Source: Blepharisma stoltei ATCC 30299
Lineage: Eukaryota > Protista > Ciliophora
Assembly: GCA_965603825.1 (NCBI GenBank)
Contig: CBFDEM010000041.1
Location: 186,001-250,000 of the forward strand
Reading direction: 5' to 3'
DNA length: 64,000 nt
The notes beneath the pieces are model-generated. The model saw only the letters and a program-made list of their open reading frames with translations. It did not search any database and was not told the origin of the DNA. The number at the start of each line of letters is the position of its first letter. Within the stretch, counting starts at the first letter, position 1. The position numbers and the translations under genes are program-made. Below, piece after piece: positions 48,289-60,580 of the stretch.

Positions 48289-48550
48289 ACACAGTTATAA
48301 TTAATTATTGTTATAGATATCTAAATATATCTCATCTATTTTAAGCAAACTACAAATTAAGCCCTGCAATCTTTAATTTTTTAATAGGCAAGCATTCATT
48401 CAGCCAGCTTTTTAAATTTTTTTCTCTTATCCAAAAATCTTCAACAAAATTATTTAAGTCCAAGCATTTTCATTGAAGAATTATAATTATTTTTATATTT
48501 AATATGCACTCTTATACTTATAAAATCTCATATTTTAATATTTATAAAAG

Positions 48551-49198
48551 ATGTTTTTCCGAATTATGGGTGACATGTTGCATGTAGCATCACTTCTCAT
48601 TCTCGCTTTCAGAATCAGAAAATCAAAGAGTTGTGTTGGAATCTCATGCAAAACTCAAGAGCTTTACTTTATTGTGTTTGTCGCTCGATATTTGGACCTC
48701 TTTACTTATTTTGTGTCAGCATACAACACATTAATGAAGATTACCTTTATTTGTCTTACAGGATATCTGATATACCTAATGAGGTTTGCTAAAATTTACA
48801 AGCAAACTTATGACCTGAAAGGGGACAACTTTGAGTACTGGAAATGGCTCCTCGGCCCATGCTTTTTCCTTGGATTAATATTCAATACGGAATTTACTCA
48901 TATGGAAATTTTATGGAGTTTCTCAATATTCCTTGAAGCTGTAGCCTTTATTCCACAACTAGAAATGCTACGTAAAATGAAGGAGGTAGAAAACCTGCAG
49001 TCTCATTATGTATTTTGCCTGGGAGCTTATAGAGTTCTATATATCATAAACTGGATCTCCAGATTCTTGAATGATGAAGAGATTTCTTATATTTCTTTAT
49101 TCGCTGGAATTATTCAGTCAATTCTTTACGCAGATTTCTTTTATTATTATGTTCTTGCAAGACTTCAGAATAAGAAATCAGTGACTCTACCAATCTAA
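48551..49198 (+). CDS. ERD2: ER lumen protein retention receptor
   Basis: FRIMGDMLH, GISCKTQELY..VF.ARYLDLF, WSFSIFLEAVA.IPQL, LGAYR.LYI.NW. Confidence 0.96.
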   Translation: MFFRIMGDMLHVASLLILAFRIRKSKSCVGISCKTQELYFIVFVARYLDLFTYFVSAYNTLMKITFICLTGYLIYLMRFAKIYKQTYDLKGDNFEYWKWLLGPCFFLGLIFNTEFTHMEILWSFSIFLEAVAFIPQLEMLRKMKEVENLQSHYVFCLGAYRVLYIINWISRFLNDEEISYISLFAGIIQSILYADFFYYYVLARLQNKKSVTLPI

Positions 49199-49248
49199 AT
49201 AACCAGATTTGCTTAATTTATTTGTTTTAATATAAATATAATTTATAA

Positions 49249-49590
49249 ATGGGAAAACTGCATATAGATTATTTAGATTCCGGCCAATTGTATGTATGTG
49301 GAATCTGCAAAGCACATTTGACTGATCATAAAGAGCTTATATCGAAGGATTTTTGGGCAGGAACTGGGAAAGCTTATCTTTATAATAAAGTTATTAATGT
49401 TTATTCTGGAATTTTGGAAGAGAGAATGCTTAGAACTGGACTTCATAGTTGCTGCGATATTTTTTGCAAAAGCTGTGAAAATAAGCTAGGATGGAAATAT
49501 GTTTGGGCTCTTGAACCTGAGCAGAAGTATAAGGAAGGGAAGTTTATTTTAGAAAAAAATTTAATTGAGAAAGCTGAGTGGGATCTCTAA
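49249..49590 (+). CDS. Yippee/YPEL zinc-binding protein
   Basis: C..CKAHL...ELISK.F...G.AYL..KV.N...R.L.TG.H...DI.C..C...LGWKY...QKYKEGKFILE. Confidence 0.93.
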   Translation: MGKLHIDYLDSGQLYVCGICKAHLTDHKELISKDFWAGTGKAYLYNKVINVYSGILEERMLRTGLHSCCDIFCKSCENKLGWKYVWALEPEQKYKEGKFILEKNLIEKAEWDL

Positions 49591-49937
49591 ATGTTAAAAA
49601 ATTTGTCTCGATATAAAATAATATTGATAGTAATCTCATTTAAAATAATATTAGCGTTTGATATGAAATTTATACAAAGATATACAAAATTTATTAATTC
49701 TATGAAAACCCTATTGAGAAATAAAAATATAATCTTGTTATTAATTATCAATTAGCTATGCAAAAAAATAAATAATACTAAAAGACATACATAATTTGAG
49801 CTTTCTTTGAATGCAATTAATAAAAGAAAGTAAAATGGAGTATTGAATAAATTAATTTCAATATTCAGATTAAAATTTATAAAAGAATAAATGGAAAAAG
49901 GTGGCTTTAATTTAATGATATTGGATATAATTAAAAA

Positions 49938-52181
49938 ATGTCAAGTGATTCAATGAGTCAGTCTATAAGTGATGAAGATAGCGATTTCGATATGGATGTT
50001 GAAGAAGGAACTGAAGTAGGTAGTGTCCAGGTCTCCGTTCAAGAACCCCAAAAGCCTCAAAATATAAAAGCAGCTAAAAAAGAAGAATCTCCTGAAAGCA
50101 GTGAAGATGATTTCAGTGAGGATGAAAATGATATCAAGAAAAGTCCACCTGCAATCCTTAAGAATGACTTACCTAAAAATAATGATGCAGTAAAAGAACC
50201 CAAACAACCCATTCCACAAAACAAGCAATCATCTATAAAAGAAAAGCCTAAAGAATCTCCCCCTAGCCTTAACATCAATAAAAATTCTTCAAAGAAAATA
50301 ATTCCTCCCAAATCTCCTCAACCTGCCGCAAAGGACAATAATCTTGAAAAATCTAAAGAAGCTGTTAAAAAATCTCTATCCCATTCAGAGCTCGATTTTG
50401 GCGACATTGTCACCCAAAAAAGTGAGCATAAAGAAAATATTGACGTTGATGAGCGATTTTACAAGTACCAAGAAAAAGTCAAAGAAAAAGTTGATAAAAT
50501 TGCTAAAGACCTTAACCAAGAAAAATTCAAAGAATGCACATTTAAGCCGACAATTAATGGAGAAGGAAGCAAAAGAAGTATCGATGAGTTTGTAAGCGAA
50601 ATGCAAAACTATGAGAAAAGAAAGCAGGATAAAATTAATACGAAGAGAGAAGAAAATATTAAGACGCAGAGTTTAACTGAAAGGAATTTCCAGCCTGCTA
50701 TATGTGAGAAGTCTTTGCAGATTTTGGCACAAAAAGGAGAAAGCAGTGAGCCTGTGCATGAGAAGCTGTTTAAAATGAAAAAGAGCGAGAGTAGTAAGCA
50801 AGTTAAGAAAATAAAAGAAGAACAAGAAAAAATAGAGAGCTCGCAGTTTAAGCCAACTTTAAATCCGAAATCTCAGAATTTAATAAGAGCAGATTCAATA
50901 GAAAAAATTCTATATGATGACGCTGTAAGAAGAATACATAAAGAACCAGAAGGCCCGACTCTTCAAAAGGAAAAATTCATAAGCAGCAAATCAGAACAAG
51001 TTTTGATTATAAAATTCAAAAAAGAATTTGAAGAAGCATTCAGCTATCTAGACTCAGATAACCAAGATAAATTAAACTACTCAAATACTCTTAATTTGCT
51101 ACAAAAACTGTTCTTTATTAAAAACAGCCTAGAAAACCCTAAAAATGATGAAGAAAAGCTTCTTGTCCTAAAAATGTGAAGGCTTCTCGGTGGTAATGAC
51201 AGCGAATTTATTACAAAACGGAATCTTGAAATTTTTACGATGGGTCTTATGAATTACTATCATCCCCAAATGAGTTCAACAATAGATCAATCTTCTTCAA
51301 TTACAAGCTCTATAGGCAGATTAGTAGATGGAGAGTTTGCATTATTTGAAGATGAAGTTGCCAAGCTCCATCGCACATTTTTTATGTTCTACAATAATAG
51401 AGCTCAGCAGACTCAGCATTCAAATGTGAATCCGACTTATAAAAATAAAGTAGAATACTCATTTCATCCTCAAATCAACAATAGCAGTAATAAACTCGCA
51501 GATGGGGCAAGACTGAAGAGGACAGAAAGCTTAGGCTCTAAAACAACCCATGAAGATTATCTAATTTCAGAAAGACAAAAAATTGATGAAAAAATAAATA
51601 AACTTAAAAAAGAATATGAGCAAGAAAACCGCAAAGAATGCACATTTAAGCCTATGATTAATAAAAAGCCAGGGTATAAAATGGCTGAAAAAACACAGAA
51701 AGACACGATTTCTGAAGAATATAAAAAAATAAGTGAAGATCCTAATGAGCACAGATCAATAGCACTTTACAACCTTTCAGAAGTAGAAAGAAAGAGAAAA
51801 GAACAGATATTTCGAACTGCTGAGGAAATGGAAATTGAAAAAGAGCAGGCTGAGTGCACTTTTAGGCCTAATCTAGAAAAACCTGTTATTAGTAGCAGTA
51901 CAGATGTGTTGAAGAAAAAAGGAGTAGCAGAAACAGTAAATCGTATGAGAAAAGCAAGAGAAGAGCAAGAACTCATAAAAAGTATGAAAGAAAGAGGCTT
52001 CACTAACAAAGGTGAGCTAAAGCCTTTGAACTCAGATAGTGAAAGGCCAAAGTCATCACTTTCTCATTCTCAGTCCCAAACCCTTGCAAAGCCGCCATTA
52101 CCGTCTAGCAAGTTCAAGCAGCAAAGAGATTCACTTAAAATCCTAAAGCAGCAACAATCCGAGACAAATATAGAAAAATAA
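49938..52181 (+). CDS. Protein with repeated ECTF.P.I motifs, acidic N-terminus and EF-hand-like loop
   Basis: ORFs join through TGA 51177=W. Six [CSY]xFxP repeats; AFSYLDSDNQDKL. Confidence 0.75.
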
Positions 52182-52217
52182 TCCTAATTTAATACTATAA
52201 ATATATGAATTTTGTGA

Positions 52218-53843
52218 TTATATAAGATCTTTAACCATGTAAGCTCCTTCTAAGCGGTATCCAAGCTTTCTATAATAGTGCCTCACACCTACCCCAGCGA
52301 TAACTGCGATTTTCTCAGACCCATGCTCTTCTCTAGCAATTCTTTCAGCTTCTTCCATCAGCATAGTTCCAAAACCTTGGTGCTGGAATTTTGTAGGGTT
52401 TCTTGAATGCACCGGCACTACACTTCCATAGACATGCAGTTCTCTGACCATGCTGCACTTTCCTAGCAATTCTTTTCTAAATGTAGCTGATCCCAGTTTT
52501 CTCAATCTTAAAAGTCCTACCAAAATATCTTGTCGAGGATCCTCATAAGCTAGAAAAGTTTCCCAAGAACCACTGGCGGTATAATCTCTTCTTACAAGCT
52601 CAATTTCTTCAGGTCTTATTTTATTATGCACTTCTTGCATGCCGACTTCTCGAGTCCTGACATCTCTGCATGCAAGTTTTAACTCCTTCATCCTATTTAA
52701 GGCGAGTTCTCTTAAATTCCCATAATCTACACCAGATGTAACAAGAGGCATGGGGATATCTCTTTGGACTCTATAAACTCTGACCCATGGTGGGGCTAAA
52801 GCAAGTATTTTGGCAACAATATCGACAAGTTGGTCAGGGTGGTAATTTTTGTATTTGTTTGCTTTCCATAGCTCATAGAGACCAGTTCCTCTGATTACTA
52901 AGGTTGGATAAAGTTTGAGACCATCTGGTCTGAACTCAGGGTTTTCAAAAAGTTCTTTGAAGCTTTCTATATCTCGCTCATAGCCCATGTTAGGAAGATC
53001 AGGCATTATATGAGTCACGATTTTATAACCTGTGTCTTTTGAAAGCACAAAGCATTTTTTTACAGCTTCAACTGTATGCCCTCTGTTTGTATCTCTAGCG
53101 ATATCTTCATATACAGATTGGACTCCTATTTCTAGCCTTGTACATCCATATGACAACAAATCATTTAGATGTGGCTGTAAGCAGTAATCAGGCCTGGTTT
53201 CTATAGTCATACCTACACATTTGTTATACCCTTGCTCTCCGTAAAACATAGCTTCTTGAACATTCTGTGAAGTATGCCCAGACAAAGCGTCATGTAAATT
53301 CCTGATAAAATAGTCACGATATTCTTTTGCTAATGACATAAAAGTGCCACCCATTACTACGAATTCTACCTTGTCGACATCATGGCCTAGCTTTTGAAGC
53401 TGCTCGATTCTGTCTTTTGTTTGTATATAAGGATTGTAGCGAGCTCGAATAGCTCTCATCGACGTAGGCTCATACCCTGTGTAAGATTGTGTGGAATACT
53501 CAAAATCGCTGTCAGGACCACCTGGACAATATACACAAATATTGCCTGTTGTAGCGATATGAGGACACCTATGAGGCTTGGACATAACAGCCACAACAGC
53601 TATCCCAGATGCAGTCCTCACTGGCTTGGCCTTTACAAGTGGGGTTAAAATTGCTTTATAGTCATCAGGAATTCCACTGATTATATCAACTAGCTTCGGG
53701 ATTTTAGCAAGCGAGTACTTTGCTGAAACTTCTTTATTGAGTTTCGTTAAATTGACAGGCTTCTTGTCCTCATAGCTTTTTATCAGAATTTTTATTATCT
53801 CAGCAATTGCTTTCACCCTTTGTGGCTCTTCTTTGTCCTTCAT
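52218..53843 (-). CDS. ELP3: Elongator complex subunit ELP3
   Basis: [48 protein letters not shown]. Confidence 0.97.
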   Translation of the reverse strand: MKDKEEPQRVKAIAEIIKILIKSYEDKKPVNLTKLNKEVSAKYSLAKIPKLVDIISGIPDDYKAILTPLVKAKPVRTASGIAVVAVMSKPHRCPHIATTGNICVYCPGGPDSDFEYSTQSYTGYEPTSMRAIRARYNPYIQTKDRIEQLQKLGHDVDKVEFVVMGGTFMSLAKEYRDYFIRNLHDALSGHTSQNVQEAMFYGEQGYNKCVGMTIETRPDYCLQPHLNDLLSYGCTRLEIGVQSVYEDIARDTNRGHTVEAVKKCFVLSKDTGYKIVTHIMPDLPNMGYERDIESFKELFENPEFRPDGLKLYPTLVIRGTGLYELWKANKYKNYHPDQLVDIVAKILALAPPWVRVYRVQRDIPMPLVTSGVDYGNLRELALNRMKELKLACRDVRTREVGMQEVHNKIRPEEIELVRRDYTASGSWETFLAYEDPRQDILVGLLRLRKLGSATFRKELLGKCSMVRELHVYGSVVPVHSRNPTKFQHQGFGTMLMEEAERIAREEHGSEKIAVIAGVGVRHYYRKLGYRLEGAYMVKDLI

Positions 53844-53891
53844 GATTAAATATTACCAGATCATAATATTAGATTTAATGGAATATTTAAA

Positions 53892-55319
53892 TTAAAGATC
53901 AAGCTTAGGTTTTTTGTCTTCAGCTTTAAATGAGGTGTACTCCTGGATAAATTTAAGCAAATTCTCATAGTTCGCGTCACCATGAAATAGGACCCCTTTT
54001 TTGTTTTTGGCTGGAAAGAATTTTATTGTGGGAAAGTCTTGGATGAATTGGCCTTTTACATCGTTTAGATACATGTCGATTTTTGCGATCACAAGCTCAT
54101 CGATTTCGATTAGTGTCGCTGCAAGTTTTTCGTAGTCCTTGGCGAGGTTTCTGCAAGCAACTGACCAAGGTGCGTAGAATTGGACCAGGACGTCTTTTTT
54201 GTTGTCCATAACGATTTGTTGGAAGTTTTCAGCAACAATTATTCTGATTCCTTGTGCGTATAATTGGTCTGGAATTGGTTCAGATTTTGCATATGGCTCG
54301 ATTTCTTTATTTAGCCATCCTTTTATAAATGATCTTAAGTCCTCTTCATTAACAGTTTTGTAATATAAATATTTATTTATCCCATTTCCATCATGATCAA
54401 TGATAACAAATGTAGGCTGAGCGTGCTTTGGGACCCCCAGAACCACACTTAATTTTTTATAAGCTGGCAACGATAAATCCGCATGTGTAAATACTAGCTT
54501 ACTTTTGTATTCTTTCGCCAGCTTCTCATATATTTCATTATATGTATTGGCTTCTCCTTCATATCTAAAAAAGAATAAAGCTGGATGTTTCTTTTGGAAA
54601 ATAAATTCAGACGCATCACTGCAATATTGCCAAGTCCAAGGCCGCTTATTTTCTTCTATCCATTTAATTAGATAATTCAATGCCATAGGCCCATAATATC
54701 GAGTCGCCTTGTCATCATATTGTTTGAACATCATTATGCTTCATTCTTCGACCCCATAATAAGAAAAAGCATCTTTATCAGTACAAATAATAAAAATAGC
54801 ATCATCAAAAAGCTTGGAGGCTGCTTCGAAGTGGTGAGGAAATTTTATTGTCGCAAATAAAACAACTGCGACTTTTGTATTTTCGAGTACTGACTGGAGC
54901 TCTGTAATAGTTGAATAATTTTGGATTTGAGATTGAGATCGCTTTATTAGCCACGCAGTAATTGAGTCTCCAGTTAGATCACCTGTGTATTTAATTGATC
55001 CTTCTTCGGAAATGTATTTGAGGGTAGGGTATTCAGTAATTCCATACTTTTCTGCGAGGGTTGGATTAGCGGCTGCATCAACTTTTGCTATATAAATTGC
55101 TGGGCTTATTTGTTTTAAAGCTAAAGCAGCTTTGGAATATTCTGGAATCAAGGATTTGCAGCTTTGGCTCCACGGTGAGTAAAAATTAACGAGAATTTGA
55201 CTTTGTTGAGCGAGCAATTGTTCAAAGTTAGAGTCATTAAGAATCAAAACGTTGTCTTCTTCAGATATCTCACCAAAAATGCATGCAATTAAAAGTGGAG
55301 CCAATATCTTGAATGACAT
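53892..55319 (-). CDS. Protein disulfide isomerase-like (a-b-b'-a') with SXXC sites
   Basis: Signal peptide; FYSPWSQSC and FYAPWSVAC; TGA 54741=W joins the ORFs; C-terminal KLDL. Confidence 0.88.
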
Positions 55320-55734
55320 TTTAATAATTAAATAAAATTAATCATACAATTTAATTATAGCAATGATCCAGTTGGTAGGAATTTGTGTTAATTAAATCTA
55401 TTTTGACTGTAGAGCAGCCTTATTTAGAGATTTTGTAAAATCACCCTGGAAAAAGGACAAGGGTTTTAATTGCAGCATTCTAATGAGTCATTCTTGTGCC
55501 AGATAGATTCGAATTAATTAAATAAAAAAAAGTTTCATATTAATTATTAGCAATCAATAATATTCCCAGTCATCGATTTTACGGATTATCATAGATAGAA
55601 AGTTAGATTATACAACAAAGTTCATCTCTATTCATAATTGCTTCAAATTTCATAAAAAAATATAGCTTTATTCAAACCACTTTACAATTGAGCTCCATTT
55701 TAAGAAACATAATATTAGCTTCTCTTATAAAAAT

Positions 55735-57249
55735 ATGGGCTGCATGTCTTCGAAATCGATTTGTCCAATAGAACTTCCTAAACACCAAATCGTATACAAG
55801 TTATCTGATATTCATTATTCACTTGGATATTTTGTTCATAGAAATTTTTCTTCTTTCTATACCTTATATATGCTTCTTCCCGATCCTCTTGGCACTGGGC
55901 CATATGGTGAAGTAAGGAAATGTATACATAAACCCACTGACACTATAAGAGCCGTCAAAATTCTAAATAAACACACTTTGCCGAAAAATTTCATGCGGCA
56001 AGAAGGTGTAATAAACCAAATCAGAATTTTAAAAACCCTAGACCATCCAAACATAATGAGGGTTTATGAATTTTTTGAAGATAACTCTTCCTATTTTGTA
56101 GTCGAAGAATACTATCCAGGTGTTGATCTTCTGACTGCAGTAGAAAAAGTGAAAAAATATAACGAGCCACAAGTGAGGGAAATTATGAAACAATTATTTT
56201 CTGCTATTAGCTATCTTCATTGCAAAAAAGTTGTCCATAGGGATTTGAAGCCAGAAAATATAATACTAGAGGAGAACAAAAACAGCGAAGCTTTGTCAAT
56301 CAAAGTAATTGATTTTGACTCTGCGACGTTTTTTAATAGGGAAAAGCCGATGAAAGGGCTTTTCGGGACAGTTTATTATATAGCTCCAGAAGTGATTAAT
56401 TCAACGTATGATGAAAAGTGTGATATATGAAGTCTTGGGGTTATTATGTATATTTTATTATCAGGAAGAGCCCCATTCTTTGGACTCTCAGAATTTAGTA
56501 TCCTCAAAAAGGTAAAACAAGGAGAGTTTTCATTTGAGGGGCAGCTATGAGAAAATATATCAGAATCAGCTAAAGACCTAATCAGAAAAATGCTGACAAA
56601 AGACCCATCTCAAAGAATTTCTGCTAATGACGCATACAATCACAGCTGAATTCAAAATCCTTCAGCTCCCCAACCACCTCTTGCAAAGAATCCTTTTATA
56701 ATACCAAGAATTAAAAGACACCATAGCCATCCAAAGTTAAAAGACGCTGTTAAAAGTTTCATAATCAGCCAAATTCTAAAAAGAGACGACTTAAAAAGCT
56801 TGGAATCTGCCTTTATAGAAATGGACCTTGACGGAAATGGAACAATAAGCAAATATGAGCTAGAATCTCACCTAAGAAATTTCATGGATGACGACAGTGC
56901 AAAACAAGAAGCCAATCTAATTTTATCAAACGAAAAACTGCTAGACCATGAATATCTAAGTTATAGTGATTTTTTAAATTTAGTGACAGATCAACATATT
57001 GTTTTTTCGAAGGAAAACCTGCAGAAAACTTTCAAGATAATTGATAGAGACCATAATGGGAAGATTTCGAGCCAAGACTTAGAAAAGTTCATATTAGAAG
57101 ACGAAAAACTAGACAAGGAGTCGCTAGACAAGATTACCCATGAAATGGACCCAGAAAATAAAGGAGAAATCGAGTTTGCAGAGTTTGAAAATTCGTTTAT
57201 TCACCGATATCTCTCAAGAAAATACACAATTACCGTTGATATGTCATAA
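55735..57249 (+). CDS. Calcium-dependent protein kinase (CDPK)
   Basis: MGC start, [15 protein letters not shown](TGA)SLGV, C-terminal EF hands. Further TGA=W at 56548 and 56648. Confidence 0.9.
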
Positions 57250-57262
57250 GTATAATAATAAA

Positions 57263-58213
57263 ATGGCAGAGTTAATAGATAAACTTGAATTAAGAAGCGA
57301 AAGCTATGTTCACTGCATTTCTTTCAATTACTTCGGAGATAGAATGGCTCTATCTTGTGCAGATCAATCAATCCAAGTATGGAACTTAGAAGAAAACAAA
57401 TGGAAACTTTCCGCTAAATGGAATGCTCATAATGGCGCAGTTTTTAAAGTTCGCTGGGCACACCCAGAATTCGGCACAATCTTAGCAAGCTGCTCATTTG
57501 ACAAGAGCGTAAAAATTTATGAAGAAAATCCCCAAGAAAACTCTTGAACACTCCTTGCATCACTAGTAGAAAGCAAAGAGCCGATAGAAGATATTCAATT
57601 TGCCCCACATCATTTACGATTAATGCTTGCTGCTTGCTCAAGTAATGGGGAAATAAGAATATATGAGCCTAGCAGCGTTGTGAATTTAAAGGTTTGGAGC
57701 GTGACCAAGATGTTCTCTGCTTGTGCGTTGGGAAGCAACTGCATTGCGTGAAACCCTGCTGTTCATGAACCGCCAATGCTACTTATAGGGAATAATGATG
57801 TGCAAACGGCGACAGAGAAGTTTGGGAAAAACTTTGACGTTGATGAAGAACTTCTGCAGCTTTGGGCTGTTTCTGAAGATACAAAAGAATGAGAGAAAAA
57901 ATGTGTCCCTGCAAGAATCCATGAGAGAAGCATTGTGGATATCAGCTGGGCACAATTAATGGGAAGATCAAAACATCTTGTAGCTTCCTGCTCATATGAT
58001 GGAATTGTAGTGATTTGGAGGATCGATGGCAGCACAGGAGCCATGGAAAGCGAAATGAATATCCGAGATGACGTAGGCGGACCAGTTTGAAGAGTATCCT
58101 GGGATGTCCTTGGAACTATGCTAACAGCAATAAACGGGGATGGCACTGTAAAAGTGTGGAAGAGAAACTTACAAAGAGAGTGGGCCGAGGTAGGTGCATT
58201 ACAAAATAGATAG
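57263..58213 (+). CDS. SEH1: Nucleoporin/GATOR2 subunit SEH1 (WD40)
   Basis: FNYFGDRMA.SC.DQ, WAHPEFG.ILASCSFD, IQFAP.H..L.LAA, SWAQLMGRS.HLVAS, V(TGA)RVSW. Four TGA=W. Confidence 0.88.
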
Positions 58214-58377
58214 AATAAAGTCACTTTCTTAATAATAACACCATTTTGAATAGAATGTACAAAATTATGTTTTTCATACAATAAAAGATTAATGCGTGGA
58301 AAAGTTTGATTTCCAATTTTCCTACCTTTTAGAGGCTAAATTAATTTAAGAATGATAAGCGGATTATTTATCTAAGG

Positions 58378-58713
58378 TTATTGACCAGGCTTTGCATTGC
58401 GCAAACGAACTTCTCTGTATTCTTGAGTTACCATGCAGCAAGAGCATCCAATCCAATACAGAAGGCAATCGACAATAAAGCTTCCGTGTATGTTATATTT
58501 CTCTCTGATTTTTCCACGATTAATTGCAAGTCCAATACAACAGAGCCAGCAGGCTATGCAGCATTCCCCACATCCTCCTTGGCCTCCATTCATTTCATAA
58601 AAAGTAATGCCCTGCAACAAAGCAGCTCCAGCAGTACAGTTTGAGCAAATCAACCAGCATGCTGGGAAAACATTGCAGCATCCAGCAAATTCAGCGTTCC
58701 AATTGTTTGACAT
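58378..58713 (-). CDS. PLAC8-family Cys-rich protein
   Basis: W...F.GCC, NRGKIREKYNI.GS...DC....C.CC...QE.REV. Confidence 0.9.
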   Translation of the reverse strand: MSNNWNAEFAGCCNVFPACWLICSNCTAGAALLQGITFYEMNGGQGGCGECCIACWLCCIGLAINRGKIREKYNIHGSFIVDCLLYWIGCSCCMVTQEYREVRLRNAKPGQ

Positions 58714-59455
58714 TTTATTATTACCCACAGGTTATTTTGAGTAACTGATTTTAAATTGAGGGCGCTAATTTAAAATCTGATATGATAAGTAGTTTACTAT
58801 ATCTATAAGGGTACTAAAAACAAAGAAAGTTATAGTCAGAAAATAAGAAAATTATAGGAGGTGAAGTTATTAAAAAACCGTTTCTGGCTTTAAAAGCTGA
58901 AATACTCGCCTGAATTGTTTGAAAATTATAAATGATAATCGATAATTCTCAAATAGTTTATGAAGGTTTTATTTTGTTCCAGATAATACTTTGAAAAATA
59001 CTAATCGTATAGCTTTTGTTGTCATATGTAATTTTGATTAATATTAATAAAAATCATAGGATAGATCACAAAACATGTAAAAGTTATAGAATATGAATAT
59101 TTAAAGATGCAAAACTTATATTAATTTAAATAATACGATAAATTAAAATCTCCACAGTATTTTAAATATAACAAAGGGAATTTTTTAAATAGCAAGTGTG
59201 AACTATAATAAATTGCTGAATGACTTAATAATAGATATGAATTTTATATACAATTTATTAAATTCTTAATTTATTATAGATCTTTCGTTCTTGTAGCATA
59301 GTTTGCACAAAGAACCCCTGCTATTGTGGAAGTTTTTAGACTTTTGTACCAAAAGGGACTTGACCCTCTAATGCCATCCTAAATTTTATTTAAGCTTTCA
59401 ACACAAAATTTTAATTCCTCTAACTGCTTTTTTTACTCTCTATTTTTATTAGTTA

Positions 59456-60373
59456 TTAGTTCAAAACGCAGCTTTCATAAGTTGGGATCATATATTTGAT
59501 ATTGATAAAAGCGTCTTCCCCACCTGTTGTCTCCAATAGCTCCAAAGTCTCCTGTATAAGTTCTCCTATATTTTGCCTCTTTCTTTGCGAATAATCAATC
59601 TTATCACCAGAGTTCACATTTTTTTGTTTGAAAATATTAAAAATTGGCAAGATCTGTCTATAATAAGGAACTAAAGCTTCTCCAATCATATCTGCGCATG
59701 TCACCAATTTTTGAAGCACTTTCAAGACAACACTGATAATATCAGGATCTCTGGTATTTAAAGCTGTTTTTATAGGGATAATCAGCTGAGGGATTACAGG
59801 TAAAACTTTATTTCCTCCATGCTCAAGCATATCATGGACTCCTTGTATTGCTAGAAATCTATAAGGGTCTTGCTTTTCTCTTATCCCATCAAAGAAAATC
59901 GGTAAGTAGTGATGGTAATCCAGCTGCTCCACTGGTACTTTCCATGCGATTTTATTACCTGTGCCATGGCTTATAGCTATAGGAAGGTCTCCACGGTCAT
60001 AAAATCTTCTAAACTCACTAGGAGGAATGGTTCTTCTGTTAAATGCTCCTGCTCTAGGTGGGACTTCAGCTGGCTGCTCTCTTCCATGGAATAGAGACGA
60101 TGTTTTGCCGCCTGAGCCTTTGCCTTTCTTTACAAATTCATTAGGCTGGCTAGCTGCTTGAGATGCTTCATGGGCTGGGTTTAGGTTAAATTCAGTAGGA
60201 ATTCGTTTGGAAGGAATCACATAGCCTGGAGGAAAGTCACCAAATGGAGAATGTGAGTTGCGAGGTAGCAATTTTGCATCGCCTCCAAAGCTGGGGCCAC
60301 CTGTTTTGCTGAGCATCTTGCGAAGATGATCCTCAGTTGAAAGAAATTGAGCAGGGGAATTCGTGTAAGCCAT
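59456..60373 (-). CDS. PACRG: Parkin co-regulated gene protein (axonemal inner junction)
   Basis: [48 protein letters not shown]. Confidence 0.96.
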   Translation of the reverse strand: MAYTNSPAQFLSTEDHLRKMLSKTGGPSFGGDAKLLPRNSHSPFGDFPPGYVIPSKRIPTEFNLNPAHEASQAASQPNEFVKKGKGSGGKTSSLFHGREQPAEVPPRAGAFNRRTIPPSEFRRFYDRGDLPIAISHGTGNKIAWKVPVEQLDYHHYLPIFFDGIREKQDPYRFLAIQGVHDMLEHGGNKVLPVIPQLIIPIKTALNTRDPDIISVVLKVLQKLVTCADMIGEALVPYYRQILPIFNIFKQKNVNSGDKIDYSQRKRQNIGELIQETLELLETTGGEDAFINIKYMIPTYESCVLN

Positions 60374-60580
60374 AACTGTCAATAAAAATTATTATGAAAA
60401 CTAAAGAGTAAGGACAATTGGCAGGAATTTAATAAAATAAATAGAAAGGCACTAAATAAAATTATTTAAATAAGAATTATGACTATATGTATAGATGTTT
60501 AAAGTCTTTATGAATTTTTTAATAATTATTTAATCAATAATTTTTCAGCTATATTTATTAGCAATTTATATGATATATAA

